DNA of 64,000 nt from Abditibacterium sp. GTDB taxonomy: Bacteria > Armatimonadota > Abditibacteriia > Abditibacteriales > Abditibacteriaceae. Shown here in pieces: positions 19,344-28,375 of the stretch (the stretch's first letter is position 1; each line of letters opens with the position of its first letter). The position numbers and the translations under genes are program-made. Location: NCBI GenBank assembly GCA_965199495.1, contig CBDASK010000003.1, forward strand, positions 2,880,001-2,944,000, given 5' to 3'. Under the pieces are notes generated by a model that saw only the letters and a list, made by a program, of their open reading frames with translations, was not told where the DNA came from and did no database searches.

Positions 19344-20786
19344 CTACGCCATCTGCACAACTGCCAACCGTCCGTTGCCAGCGCGCGATAAACGAATTTG
19401 CAGGCCGTCGCGCAAGATTTCGCCTTCGTTTGTCGCGATTAATTTGTTGGGCACGCTCGCACCAGCCACGACAACCATCGCTTCGCGCGCTTGATTAATC
19501 AGCCACCACTCGTCGTTTTGCAGCGCGAAGTAGGCTTGTGGCGTGCGGTCGGCGCGCTCGCCCGCGTATTGATTGTCGTAAATGTGCCACGGAAATAATC
19601 GCTGATGATGCCAGACGACCAACCGATGATTGTCGCTTTTGAATTGGCCTTTGCTGCCTTCGCGATAAAAGTTGAGGATTGGCACTGGCCCGCGAATCCG
19701 AGTGTTACACCACGGGCAACTTTTATCAGTCCCATCGAAGACAAACCATTTTTGCGGACAATTTGGGTTGGCGCACGGATGCAATAAATCCGTCGTTTTG
19801 ACGAGAGCTTGTTCCCACGAACCGGCGTCGGGCCGTGCGTTTGGTTGGTGCAAACCTTCGCCAAACGCGCGCTCGAATAATGGCGACAAATACGGGCCGA
19901 GTTTGGAATACGGAACTTTCAAAAACGCGGCGTCGGGCCGATTGGAGCGGTCACGCGCATCTTCGATCCACAACGCGCGCGCGCCCATTGATAAAAGTTC
20001 ATCGTCTTCGCCCGAAACTGTCGAATTGACTTTCGGGCCGCGTAGCGGATGGCGCCCCAACAGATATTCGTAAATCAAAACCGCGAGCGCATAGCGGTCG
20101 GTTGGGATGCCCGGCAAATTGCGCTTGGGATTGGTGAGTTCTAATTTTTGCGTCGCCAAAACTTCGGGCGCGATGTAGCCGGGCGTGCCCAAAACGTCGG
20201 GCGGATAAATCTGCGGCACGACCAAAGAATCGCAGTCAATAATCACGGCGCCGCCGGTTTTTGGATCTATTAAAACGTTCTTGTTGCTCAAATCCGAATG
20301 CGCCAGCCCCGCCGAGTGCATCCGGCGCACGGCGCGCGCCAATCGCGTCGAAATATGGACGTATTTGAGCCAGTCGCCTAACTCTTCTTTCGGCAAATAA
20401 CCGCGTAGTTTGGGCGAAGTAAACCATTTCGCCTGTTTCTCTTTGCCCTTGAAATTGCCGGTCGCGAAAAAGAAATTGGCCGGATACGTCGGCGCCACGA
20501 CGCCGATTTCGGGTTGCGCGACGACGCCCGATGGCCAGCAAAACAATTGGCTCCAATAGGCGCCAACTTCGGGGTCGGTTGTGGGATTGAACGGGCCGAC
20601 GATGGATTGCAAGCGCGCGCGGCGTTGCGGGTCGGCGCCGACGGTTTTGTCTTTGAAGAAGCACACGACCGACGATTTATCGGGCGTGAAATGAACGGTT
20701 TTCATGCCGCCCTCGCCGATAACTTCGGCGTTATATTCGATGATACGCCCATTAGCGAGCGTCGCCGAACGCGTATTAGCAGCCAT
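19344..20786 (-). CDS. Ser/Thr kinase of the TerY-P triad (YegI-like) with Zn ribbon and FHA-like C-terminus
   Basis: IGEGGMK, HSDLSNKNVL, DCD, GTPGYIAPE, C-x4-C...CPWC. Confidence 0.88.
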   Translation of the reverse strand: MAANTRSATLANGRIIEYNAEVIGEGGMKTVHFTPDKSSVVCFFKDKTVGADPQRRARLQSIVGPFNPTTDPEVGAYWSQLFCWPSGVVAQPEIGVVAPTYPANFFFATGNFKGKEKQAKWFTSPKLRGYLPKEELGDWLKYVHISTRLARAVRRMHSAGLAHSDLSNKNVLIDPKTGGAVIIDCDSLVVPQIYPPDVLGTPGYIAPEVLATQKLELTNPKRNLPGIPTDRYALAVLIYEYLLGRHPLRGPKVNSTVSGEDDELLSMGARALWIEDARDRSNRPDAAFLKVPYSKLGPYLSPLFERAFGEGLHQPNARPDAGSWEQALVKTTDLLHPCANPNCPQKWFVFDGTDKSCPWCNTRIRGPVPILNFYREGSKGQFKSDNHRLVVWHHQRLFPWHIYDNQYAGERADRTPQAYFALQNDEWWLINQAREAMVVVAGASVPNKLIATNEGEILRDGLQIRLSRAGNGRLAVVQMA

Positions 20787-22170
20787 CGCGCGTCTCCGTT
20801 TCGCTCGATGCGGGCGCCGTGGCTGCATCGTCGGAGTTCGCATCCAATCGGGAGTTTTCCTTCGCACCAAGATTGGAAGGGTGCGCCAGCCCCGCCGCGC
20901 CTAATTCCGCTTCCAGCGCGACAATTGCACTGATTTGTTCGGGCCAACTCAACACAATCGTGCGGTCGTCGGACGAGCCTTTTTTCTCATAACCCAGCCA
21001 ATTCAAAAGCGTGGCGCCCGCATCGTCGGCGTCTTTGGCGAGCGGATTTACTTCCTCGAAAACTTCGCCTAATCGTTTGTCTTCGGGGAAATAATCGTCG
21101 CTCACGCCATCGGAAACAAGCATCGTCGCGCGCAAATCGGCGGGCATCGAGAATTTGACGCGATTGGTGAAATCGTCTTCCATGTTACCCGTCGTCAGAA
21201 AACGCGTTTCGCTCGAATGCTGGCCGTGATCGGCGGCGCCCAAAAGTTTCAGGCCATCGGCGCAATCGAGCGCGATGGCACCATCGCCGACCTGCAACGC
21301 CGCGCACAATTGCTTTTCGCCGACAGCGCGGCGCACCAAAATCAACAACGTCGCGGCGAAGGCTCCCAACGGTTGCTCGCGCGCGTCGGCTTCGTCGCGT
21401 AACGCTTGCAGCGCCGCCTTGGCCGCGCCAATGAGGGCGGCTTTGATGCGCGGCAAATCAGCGTTGATGTCGTCGCTTAGCGTTTCGATGTCGCCCAGAC
21501 TGCCCATCAAATCACCGAGGGCGACTTGGCACGCGACGGTCGAGCCGACGCGCGAAAGCGGCGCTGAGCCAGCGCCATCGGAAACAATACTAATGCTCCA
21601 CGAACCCACCGCGTTTTCGGCGAATCCCAGCGCGAACGCGTCTTCGCGCCACAGGCCGCGATGCGCGTGCAATTTGCCGCGCACGCTGGCCGCCGCGACC
21701 TGCCAACCATCGGGTGCGGTTAAATTCCCGCTCTCTTTATGCGGCGTCGGATCTGTTGGGTCGGCGGGTTCGTTTTCCTGCCACAGCGGTTTGCTAACGA
21801 TGTAATTGGCGCTACAAAGCGGCCCGCGCTCGCCAGCAGCCACGGCGCGCGCATGGAGTGTTGCGCTTTGGGTTAACAATATCTTTTCGGGCGAGTAGGG
21901 CGTCGAGTTTTCGTTGGGTTCGCTGCCGTCGAGCGTGTAGAAAATGCGCGCATTGGGCGCGTCGCAGTAAATGCCGACCGTCACCGACGATTGAAACGGC
22001 GCATCGGGCGCGGGCGCAAAGGTTAGTTGAAGCGCCGGGTTTTCGGCGGTCATATCGAATGAAATCGTCGGTTGCGTCATCTCGATTTCGATGTTTTGTG
22101 GCTCGCTTTCGTCTTTGGTTTCGGGCGGCGTGGCTGCATCGGTCGCGTTGGTGGGTAAATCGGGTGTCAT
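20776..22170 (-). CDS. PP2C-like phosphatase of the TerY-P triad with N-terminal CHB_HEX_C/Fn3-associated domain
   Basis: SVRGKLH..REDA, VSDGAGSA, VGDG, SDGVSD, DDRT; N-terminal IFYTLDGSEP. Confidence 0.88.
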   Translation of the reverse strand: MTPDLPTNATDAATPPETKDESEPQNIEIEMTQPTISFDMTAENPALQLTFAPAPDAPFQSSVTVGIYCDAPNARIFYTLDGSEPNENSTPYSPEKILLTQSATLHARAVAAGERGPLCSANYIVSKPLWQENEPADPTDPTPHKESGNLTAPDGWQVAAASVRGKLHAHRGLWREDAFALGFAENAVGSWSISIVSDGAGSAPLSRVGSTVACQVALGDLMGSLGDIETLSDDINADLPRIKAALIGAAKAALQALRDEADAREQPLGAFAATLLILVRRAVGEKQLCAALQVGDGAIALDCADGLKLLGAADHGQHSSETRFLTTGNMEDDFTNRVKFSMPADLRATMLVSDGVSDDYFPEDKRLGEVFEEVNPLAKDADDAGATLLNWLGYEKKGSSDDRTIVLSWPEQISAIVALEAELGAAGLAHPSNLGAKENSRLDANSDDAATAPASSETETRDGC

Positions 22171-22204
22171 GAAGATTTTGAATAAATTTGTGGCGGGCGC
22201 GCCG

Positions 22205-22325
22205 TTTTGATAGCCCCGTAGAGACGCCGATTTATTGCGTCTAAAACGTAAATGCGCTCGCGAAGTTTGCGGCAACTCGGACGTTTTAGACGCAATAAAT
22301 CGGCGTCTCTACGGGGCTATCAAAA
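22205..22325. repeat. GTAG-tagged REP doublet, family B (45-bp arms)
   Basis: 22205-22249 is the reverse complement of 22281-22325. Confidence 0.9.
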
Positions 22326-22353
22326 ATTATTTCACGCCAGAAACGCTAAAATT

Positions 22354-23034
22354 TTATGGCACGATCACGATTTCCGGTGGCGGCGGCGGCAACTTAATTT
22401 CCGCTTCGCCGCGATTGGAAACGCCTGTCGAAGTCGTGGCGACGCTGGCCGAAACCCACTGGAAAAATTGTTTCAACGCTTCGGGCTGCAAGTCGCTGAG
22501 TTTCACCACGATGTTGGTGATGCGTTTCAAAACCGATTCGTCGGCTCCGGCGCCCGCCGCGCACGCGATGAAGTTGCCCGGCTTTTTGGCTTTGATGGCG
22601 TCGGCGGCGTCTTCCCATTTATCGGTCGGTTCGCCGTCGGTCATCAGGAAAATCAGCGGCTTCCAATCGCCCTTCTGGTCGGCGGTCGTCTGGCGCACTT
22701 CGCGGTCAATGCAATCGGATAAAAGTTTCAAAGCCGCGCCCAACGCCGTCGTGCCGGTCGCCTGAAAATCGGGTTCTTTGACCAACATCAACTCGGTGAG
22801 CGGATTGACTTGGCGCGCCGTCGAATCGAAAGTAATGACGCTCAAAAACACCGTTTCGAGCGCTTGCGGATCGCTTTTGAGTTCGTTCAAAAGCGTCTTC
22901 ATGCCCTGACGCACCGCTTCGATGGGCGCGCCGGTCATCGAGCCGGAACAATCGAGAACGAGATAAACCGGTAGACGACGAATCGAGGCGTCGGCGAAGG
23001 GAGATTGGGAACGAGGAATGGGATCGGTAAGCAT
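22354..23034 (-). CDS. terY: TerY vWA-domain protein
   Basis: RRLPVYLVLDCSGSM, GTTALGAAL, KGDWKPLIFLMTDGEPTD, FFQWVSAS. Confidence 0.92.
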   Translation of the reverse strand: MLTDPIPRSQSPFADASIRRLPVYLVLDCSGSMTGAPIEAVRQGMKTLLNELKSDPQALETVFLSVITFDSTARQVNPLTELMLVKEPDFQATGTTALGAALKLLSDCIDREVRQTTADQKGDWKPLIFLMTDGEPTDKWEDAADAIKAKKPGNFIACAAGAGADESVLKRITNIVVKLSDLQPEALKQFFQWVSASVATTSTGVSNRGEAEIKLPPPPPEIVIVP

Positions 23035-23089
23035 AAATTGTGTGAGAGAGTTAGCAGTTAGTGGGCCATGCAGTTTTTGACTTTGGGGT

Positions 23090-23176
23090 GACGCAGATTA
23101 TCGCGTCTAAAATGTAAATTATCCGCAAAGTTGAAGCAAATTCGACCTTTTAGACGCGATAAATCTGCGTCTCTAC
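23090..23176. repeat. GTAG-tagged REP doublet, family B, left arm decayed
   Basis: gacgcagattatcgcgtctaaaa...ttttagacgcgataaatctgcgtctctac. Confidence 0.8.
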
Positions 23177-23182
23177 AGAAAC

Positions 23183-24232
23183 TTATCCCACGCGCCCCGA
23201 TAATGAAATTGGCCCGCCCGGCCCGCCGCTACTCAAAACGACGCCGCAGTGCGGGCACTGCAAATCGGAGCCGTCTTCGGGCGCGCAAAACAGATTTTTG
23301 CAATCGGGACACTGGCCCGCCGCGCGATTGTCGCAGTAGGGGCACGGCAAAACGCCCAACACGTTTTCACTCGAAATGCCCATCAGCGCGTCTTCGGCGG
23401 GGCGCGGCCCAGCGAAATAATCTTCGTCCACGATATGAGTGCGCACGGCGGCATAAACGCCGTGGCTGGTGTCGAAACCAAAGCGCGTTAAAAATGGTTG
23501 GCGCGTGTTGCAACAGCGCAGCGACAGGAACAGCCACGCCGGGCGCCGCGTCTGCTCCAGAGTCGCGCCGATGGGAATCGAAGGCGCGCTGAAAGTTTCG
23601 GCGGGGATTTTGGCGAGCGAAATCGCTTCGACGCCGGGCGCGCCAATCGCCTGACTGGTCACGCTCAGAGAACTCGAAATCCACTGGAACAAGCTGCGAA
23701 AATCCAACTCGCTTTCGCCCATCATCAAAACCGAATCGGCGATTTCGTTCAAGACGAGCGGGTTCGCGTCTTCGCCGCAACCGATGCCGATGATATTCAT
23801 TTTCTTGCCGCCAGTTTTTGAGGGCGCTTTGAGTTGGCGCGCTTCGTCGCGCCAATCGTCGGTCGGGTCGCCGTCGGTGAGCAGGAAAACGAGAGGTTTG
23901 TAATCGCCTTTTTGCGTCGCCGAATGCGTGCGCACTTCGCGCTCGATGCACTCGCGAAGCAAACGCAACGCGGCGCCCAAACCGGTGCCGGGCTGAACTT
24001 TCAATCGCGGCGCTTTGATGCCGATCATTTCGGTCAAAGGCAAAATTTGCTGCGCGTTTCCGGCAAAGGTGATGATCGAAATCCACACGGTTTCGAGGGC
24101 GTGCGGGTCGGAGTGCAAATCCAGTAAGAGCTGGCGCATTCCGGCGTTGACGCCGTTGATGCCGTCGCCGATCATGGATTCGGAGCAATCCAAAAGCAGA
24201 TAAACCGGCAAACGCCGTTCGGTAAATTCCAT
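23183..24232 (-). CDS. TerY vWA protein with C-terminal Cys-rich metal-binding (TerY-C) domain
   Basis: RRLPVYLLLDCSESM; CPYC..CPDCKNLFC..CPHC. Confidence 0.88.
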   Translation of the reverse strand: MEFTERRLPVYLLLDCSESMIGDGINGVNAGMRQLLLDLHSDPHALETVWISIITFAGNAQQILPLTEMIGIKAPRLKVQPGTGLGAALRLLRECIEREVRTHSATQKGDYKPLVFLLTDGDPTDDWRDEARQLKAPSKTGGKKMNIIGIGCGEDANPLVLNEIADSVLMMGESELDFRSLFQWISSSLSVTSQAIGAPGVEAISLAKIPAETFSAPSIPIGATLEQTRRPAWLFLSLRCCNTRQPFLTRFGFDTSHGVYAAVRTHIVDEDYFAGPRPAEDALMGISSENVLGVLPCPYCDNRAAGQCPDCKNLFCAPEDGSDLQCPHCGVVLSSGGPGGPISLSGRVG

Positions 24233-24274
24233 CGAAATAGGTTTAGCTTAAATTTCTGGCGCACGCCGCGAGAA

Positions 24275-25006
24275 TTATCGCGAACTCAACCGCTGGGCAA
24301 TGTTCGATTGCAACTGTTGCAAATCGTTTTGATGCAGACCGCCTAACTGCGCGATAATCGCTTGCAAATTCGAGCGGCCCAACAGAGCTTCTTCACTCGA
24401 TTGCACCAAAATTGTGCCTTCGCCGATGAATTCCAATTGTTCTTCTTCGTCGCTACGACGCACGCCCAACAAACTACCCGCCGCCTGTAAAGCGTTGCGC
24501 ACATACGCGTGATCATAGCGAATCGCCGGGCACGGCAAATCGGCCCAGCCCAACAACGCTTGCTCATCAACGCGTGCCGGTGGCTCCATGAAATGCACCG
24601 GCCCATTGGAAGACGCCAGAAATTTGCCCGTCCCCGTCAGCGTTAAATAATTCGGCACGACCGATTGCTGACATTTCAACTCTTTGGTAAATCCCAAAAC
24701 GTGATCGGCTTTGACGGTGAGATTGCCGTCGTCCAAATCAAACGAGTTCACATCGTTGCCTCGGTCGCCTAAAATCAATTGGCCCTGACCAGAAACGACG
24801 ACGAAATCGTTGATGAAAAGCGGTGAGTTGAACGCGTTTTGCACCAACACATCGAGCGGCCCCGCGCCCAGCGATTCAAAACGCAAGTTGCCGTAATAAG
24901 CGATCATTTTGCCCTTCTGAATGAACATTTGGTCGCGCACTTCGACGCAAAACGCGTAACGGTTGATGTTATCATTTTTGGGCAGATTTTCGGGATTGAG
25001 TTTCAT
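24275..25006 (-). CDS. AIM24 family protein
   Basis: KGKMIAYYGNLRF, GQGQLILG, GTGKFLASSNG, GEGTILVQSSE. Confidence 0.85.
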   Translation of the reverse strand: MKLNPENLPKNDNINRYAFCVEVRDQMFIQKGKMIAYYGNLRFESLGAGPLDVLVQNAFNSPLFINDFVVVSGQGQLILGDRGNDVNSFDLDDGNLTVKADHVLGFTKELKCQQSVVPNYLTLTGTGKFLASSNGPVHFMEPPARVDEQALLGWADLPCPAIRYDHAYVRNALQAAGSLLGVRRSDEEEQLEFIGEGTILVQSSEEALLGRSNLQAIIAQLGGLHQNDLQQLQSNIAQRLSSR

Positions 25007-25014
25007 GCTTTTAG

Positions 25015-25123
25015 TAATAAGGTGGCAGGTGGCAGGTGACAAGTGGCAGGCACAAGCAGCAAACTCACGCGTGTTCGCAGACTTCACCTTGCCACCTGAT
25101 ACTTGACACCTGTCACCTTATTA
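25015..25123. repeat. Heptamer-armed hairpin element, GTGGCAG type, no ORF
   Basis: taataaggtggcaggtggcaggtgacaagtggcagg...cttgccacctgatacttgacacctgtcaccttatta; core similar to 26315-26345. Confidence 0.85.
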
Positions 25124-25762
25124 TCGTTCGCTTGGCTGCACGTAAACCGTGCCTTGTCCGCTAAATTTGAGTTGAAAACTTTCACCCGACCCTTGGCCGA
25201 CCAGAGTTTTCCATCCGACATCGGTATGAATCGCGCTTTGAACATTGCTTTTGTGACCGATGTAAGCGTTGGGATCAACAAAGATCGGCTTATCAGCAGC
25301 CACGTCGAGGGCGAGCATTTCGCCCTCGCTCAAAATCGCGGCTTCGCCCTGACCTTGCAGCGTCGTCGTCCACAAACCTTGACCTGTCGCGGCGCCGCGC
25401 ACCAAACCGCCGACTCCGCCACTGTTGCCCTGAAACTGCGTGCCGCTGCGCAAATTGCCATCGTAGGCCAACACGCTTTCGCTTTCGATATAAAGCGTTT
25501 CGCCGTTAAGTCGCACGATTTGAACGTGCAGTCCGTGCCGCGCGTAAAGTACGGTTCCGCTTCCCTGCGCGCGCATCAGGTGCATCTGCTCGTCAGTCAC
25601 CATGCGTTCCATGCCGCTCTGAATACCGCCTCCGCCCAACGCGGCGGGCGAAAATCGCACCTCGCCCGTTGTGGCGATCATGGCGCCGCTCTTGGCGTAA
25701 CACTCCTCATTTTGGAGCGTCACTTCGAGCAGCTTTTCGTTGAGCATCTGGTATTTTGGCAT
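25121..25762 (-). CDS. AIM24 family protein
   Basis: AKSGAMIA, GATGQGLWTT, FVDPNAY, GSGESFQLKFSGQGTVYVQPSE. Confidence 0.88.
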   Translation of the reverse strand: MPKYQMLNEKLLEVTLQNEECYAKSGAMIATTGEVRFSPAALGGGGIQSGMERMVTDEQMHLMRAQGSGTVLYARHGLHVQIVRLNGETLYIESESVLAYDGNLRSGTQFQGNSGGVGGLVRGAATGQGLWTTTLQGQGEAAILSEGEMLALDVAADKPIFVDPNAYIGHKSNVQSAIHTDVGWKTLVGQGSGESFQLKFSGQGTVYVQPSER

Positions 25763-25769
25763 GGTTAAT

Positions 25770-26374
25770 GTGGCAAGTGGCAAGTGGCAAGTGGCAAGCG
25801 TTGTGGGCGAGACAGTGTTAATCCTTGCGGGTTGGTTGCGCGGCCAGTTTGTTCTCTTGTTGGCGGATAAACCCGTAAAGCAAACGACTGATGGTGCTGA
25901 CACGTTCGTAAAGCGGCAGAAATTGAGCCTCGGTCAAAAAGCCAACATCTAACGCGACGTAAAGCTGGGCGCGCACCTCGCCCGCAGAACCTTTGGCTAT
26001 GCGTAGATAACGACAAAGTTCGCGCGCAGAATCCTTTTCAAAACCTTCGGCAATGTTGTTGAGGATCGAAACAGCAGCGCGGCGAATTTGGTCTTTTAAT
26101 CCATAATCGCGCTCGAAGCCACCCCGATTTGTGACATCATAAATTTCGCTGGCTAAAACACGAGCTTCCTTCCAAGATTCAATGTCTTCAAATCGTTTGA
26201 TTAGCATGGTTTTTTCAGGTGGCAAGTAGCAAGTGGCAGGTGGCAAGTAGCAAGTGGCAGGTGGCAAGTAGCAAGTGGTAGGCATAAATGAGCAAATAGC
26301 ATACGAAATTGTAAAGCAAACCCGCGCGCGCTGGCTTGCTTCACCATGCCACTTGCCACCTGCCACTTGTCACC
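25770..26374 (-). mobile_element. Heptamer-repeat-flanked cassette carrying a four-helix-bundle gene
   Basis: (GTGGCAA)4 at 25770-25797; 21-bp x3 array at 26216-26278; inverted arm 26346-26374; separates two paralogous AIM24 genes. Confidence 0.7.
25818..26207 (-). CDS. Four-helix-bundle protein (23S rRNA IVP / bAvd-like family)
   Basis: FEDIESWKEAR, DYGLKDQIRRAAVSILNNIAEG, YLRIAKGSAGEVRAQLYVA; the upstream ORF extension is translated repeat. Confidence 0.93.
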   Translation of the reverse strand: MLIKRFEDIESWKEARVLASEIYDVTNRGGFERDYGLKDQIRRAAVSILNNIAEGFEKDSARELCRYLRIAKGSAGEVRAQLYVALDVGFLTEAQFLPLYERVSTISRLLYGFIRQQENKLAAQPTRKD

Positions 26375-26994
26375 TACTTTCGTTCGTTGGGCTGAATATA
26401 AACCGTGCCCTGTCCGGTGAATCGGAGCTGGAAACTTTCGCCCGAACCCTGTCCGACAAAGCTCTTCCAATTCACATCGAAAATAAATTCCTGTTGCAAA
26501 TTTCCCGTGTAACCCAAAAACGCGTCGGGATCGACATGGAGCGGAAAATTCGCGCCGACTTCCAATTGAATCGGCGTGCCGTGCGACATAATGGCGACGT
26601 TGCCGGTTCCTTCGACGGTCGTAGTGAAAAGCCCCTGACCCGTCGTGGCTCCTCGGAGGCCCGCGAAGGCAGTATTGGTTTTGAGGCCACCATCCAATGC
26701 CAATAAAACGCTGCTTTCGACGAAGATTTTCTCGTTTTGCAGCGGAATTATCATCACCTCGGCGGCATCAACGGCGAAATAAACCGTGCCTTTGCCGCTG
26801 GTCGTCATTAGAGCCACGCCCTCGCCCGTCGCGCGGCGTTTGAGCGCGCCGAACACGCCTTCGCCGCCCAAGATCGCTTTGTCGAATTTGATTTGCCCTT
26901 CGTACGCGACCATCGCACCTGCGCGCGCCAGAATGTTTTGACCGCTCAATTCGACCTGCAACATTCGAGGATTGGGAAGCGAGAAAGGTGTCAT
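26374..26994 (-). CDS. AIM24 family protein
   Basis: ARAGAMVAYEG, GQGLFTT, VDPDAFL, GSGESFQLRFTGQGTVYIQP. Confidence 0.88.
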   Translation of the reverse strand: MTPFSLPNPRMLQVELSGQNILARAGAMVAYEGQIKFDKAILGGEGVFGALKRRATGEGVALMTTSGKGTVYFAVDAAEVMIIPLQNEKIFVESSVLLALDGGLKTNTAFAGLRGATTGQGLFTTTVEGTGNVAIMSHGTPIQLEVGANFPLHVDPDAFLGYTGNLQQEFIFDVNWKSFVGQGSGESFQLRFTGQGTVYIQPNERK

Positions 26995-27045
26995 AAATAA
27001 GAATTGTCGGCCAGTTTACTCAATGATTTCGCGATGCAACGAAGG

Positions 27046-28272
27046 TTATTTCTCGCCGTAAACGAAACCACCGCGCGCGTTGGCCTGTTGCTTGAACGTG
27101 TCGAGCATCTTTTGATCAAAGCCGTCTTTGCCACCGTTTTTCTCTAACTCGGCTTTGAGAAACGCGTTGCGTTGCGTTTCCAATTCGGTGAGTTGAGCTT
27201 TAAGTTTCTTGCGTTCGGCGATCTGCGTTTCCAGCATTTGGCGCTTTTCGTCGAGCGATTTTTTCTCCCACTCGGTCGGCCATTCGTCGGCTTTAATCTC
27301 TTCGATTGCGCGCCCGTTGATCACTTCGGTGACTAAATCGAAGGCCGCGTAAATCTGGCCGGATTTATAATTGAACGATTGGCGGGCGATCATATTGCTG
27401 ACACCAGTTTTCTCGCGGAACAGGCCACCGATCGTCGGAATATCGCCCAGAATTGGCGCGCCATTGACATATTTAGCGCCGTCAATTCCAGCCGCCGCCA
27501 ACGACAAACTGCGCTCGTTTTCTCGTCCACGCCGTGCGACAGTTGTCAGTTCCAGACCGGCGCCCAACTTGACCATTTTCTCGTCGAAAGGCGTCGGCAC
27601 GTTCACCACGCCGCCGGTTTGGGCGAGCGTGAAATAATTGCCCAGGCCGCGTTTGGCGATGTCGAGCCACACGGTTTCGGTCTCCGCGTTAGTGCCACAG
27701 CGAATCGCATTGACGAAAATTCCGCGCGCGGCGGCTTTGTCGGCTTCGGCTTTATAATCGAATCCATCGTTATAATCGGTGTGCGGCGGGCAATCGCCGA
27801 CCAGAAATATCACCTGATAAAGCGCGCTATCGGTTGAGCCGCCCGCCTTCCACTCGATGCCCGAAACTGCTTCGTGCAAACCGGCGCTGACGTGTTCGGG
27901 TAAGTCGCCGCCGCCCTGCGCCTTGAAGGTTTGCAGCGTCGCAAACGCCGCGTCCAAATCGTCGGTCAGCGGGTGAACCTGCGTGACGTAAGCGTCGCCT
28001 TTATCGCGGTAAGCCACGAAGCCGATGCGAATTTCGGGTTGCGGTTTGGCGGTCACGATTTCGTTGACAATAGACCAAATCTTCGACTTGGCACCTTCAA
28101 TTAAACCGCCCATCGAGCCAGTCGTATCAACGACGAAAACCAGTTCCATGCGCGGTTTGTCGGGCACGCGAAAGGTTTGTTTGACGGGCAGTTCTCCCGT
28201 CGGTTGAAGTTCTTGCGCTTGGGCGAGCGCACTTGCAGCCACGAGGGCAGCAAGAAGAAGTAGAGGTTTCAT
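27046..28272 (-). CDS. Secreted vWA-domain protein
   Basis: Signal peptide MKPLLLLAALVAASALAQA; MIDAS motif DTTGSM, GGGDLPE, VGDCPPH. Confidence 0.85.
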   Translation of the reverse strand: MKPLLLLAALVAASALAQAQELQPTGELPVKQTFRVPDKPRMELVFVVDTTGSMGGLIEGAKSKIWSIVNEIVTAKPQPEIRIGFVAYRDKGDAYVTQVHPLTDDLDAAFATLQTFKAQGGGDLPEHVSAGLHEAVSGIEWKAGGSTDSALYQVIFLVGDCPPHTDYNDGFDYKAEADKAAARGIFVNAIRCGTNAETETVWLDIAKRGLGNYFTLAQTGGVVNVPTPFDEKMVKLGAGLELTTVARRGRENERSLSLAAAGIDGAKYVNGAPILGDIPTIGGLFREKTGVSNMIARQSFNYKSGQIYAAFDLVTEVINGRAIEEIKADEWPTEWEKKSLDEKRQMLETQIAERKKLKAQLTELETQRNAFLKAELEKNGGKDGFDQKMLDTFKQQANARGGFVYGEK

Positions 28273-28375
28273 TGCGGCGTTTGGACAGCGCGCGCACAAC
28301 AAATGTTCCCTGCCAATGTTTTCGGCGGACGGTGACGGAGTGGCACGCGGTTTTCGTCTGTTGCAAACTGCGCCC

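Noticed and set aside
25818..26207. Diversity-generating retroelement or rRNA intervening sequence
   Set aside because: No reverse transcriptase, TR/VR pair or rRNA gene in the window
26216..26278. Possible CRISPR array
   Set aside because: Contiguous 21-bp tandem units with no spacers and no cas genes
26208..26366. N-terminal ATCYLPP/ATCHL peptide repeats on several ORFs
   Set aside because: Translation of heptamer DNA repeats; true starts lie downstream (also for terD 14877, gatA 35001, AIM24 25087 and 25903)
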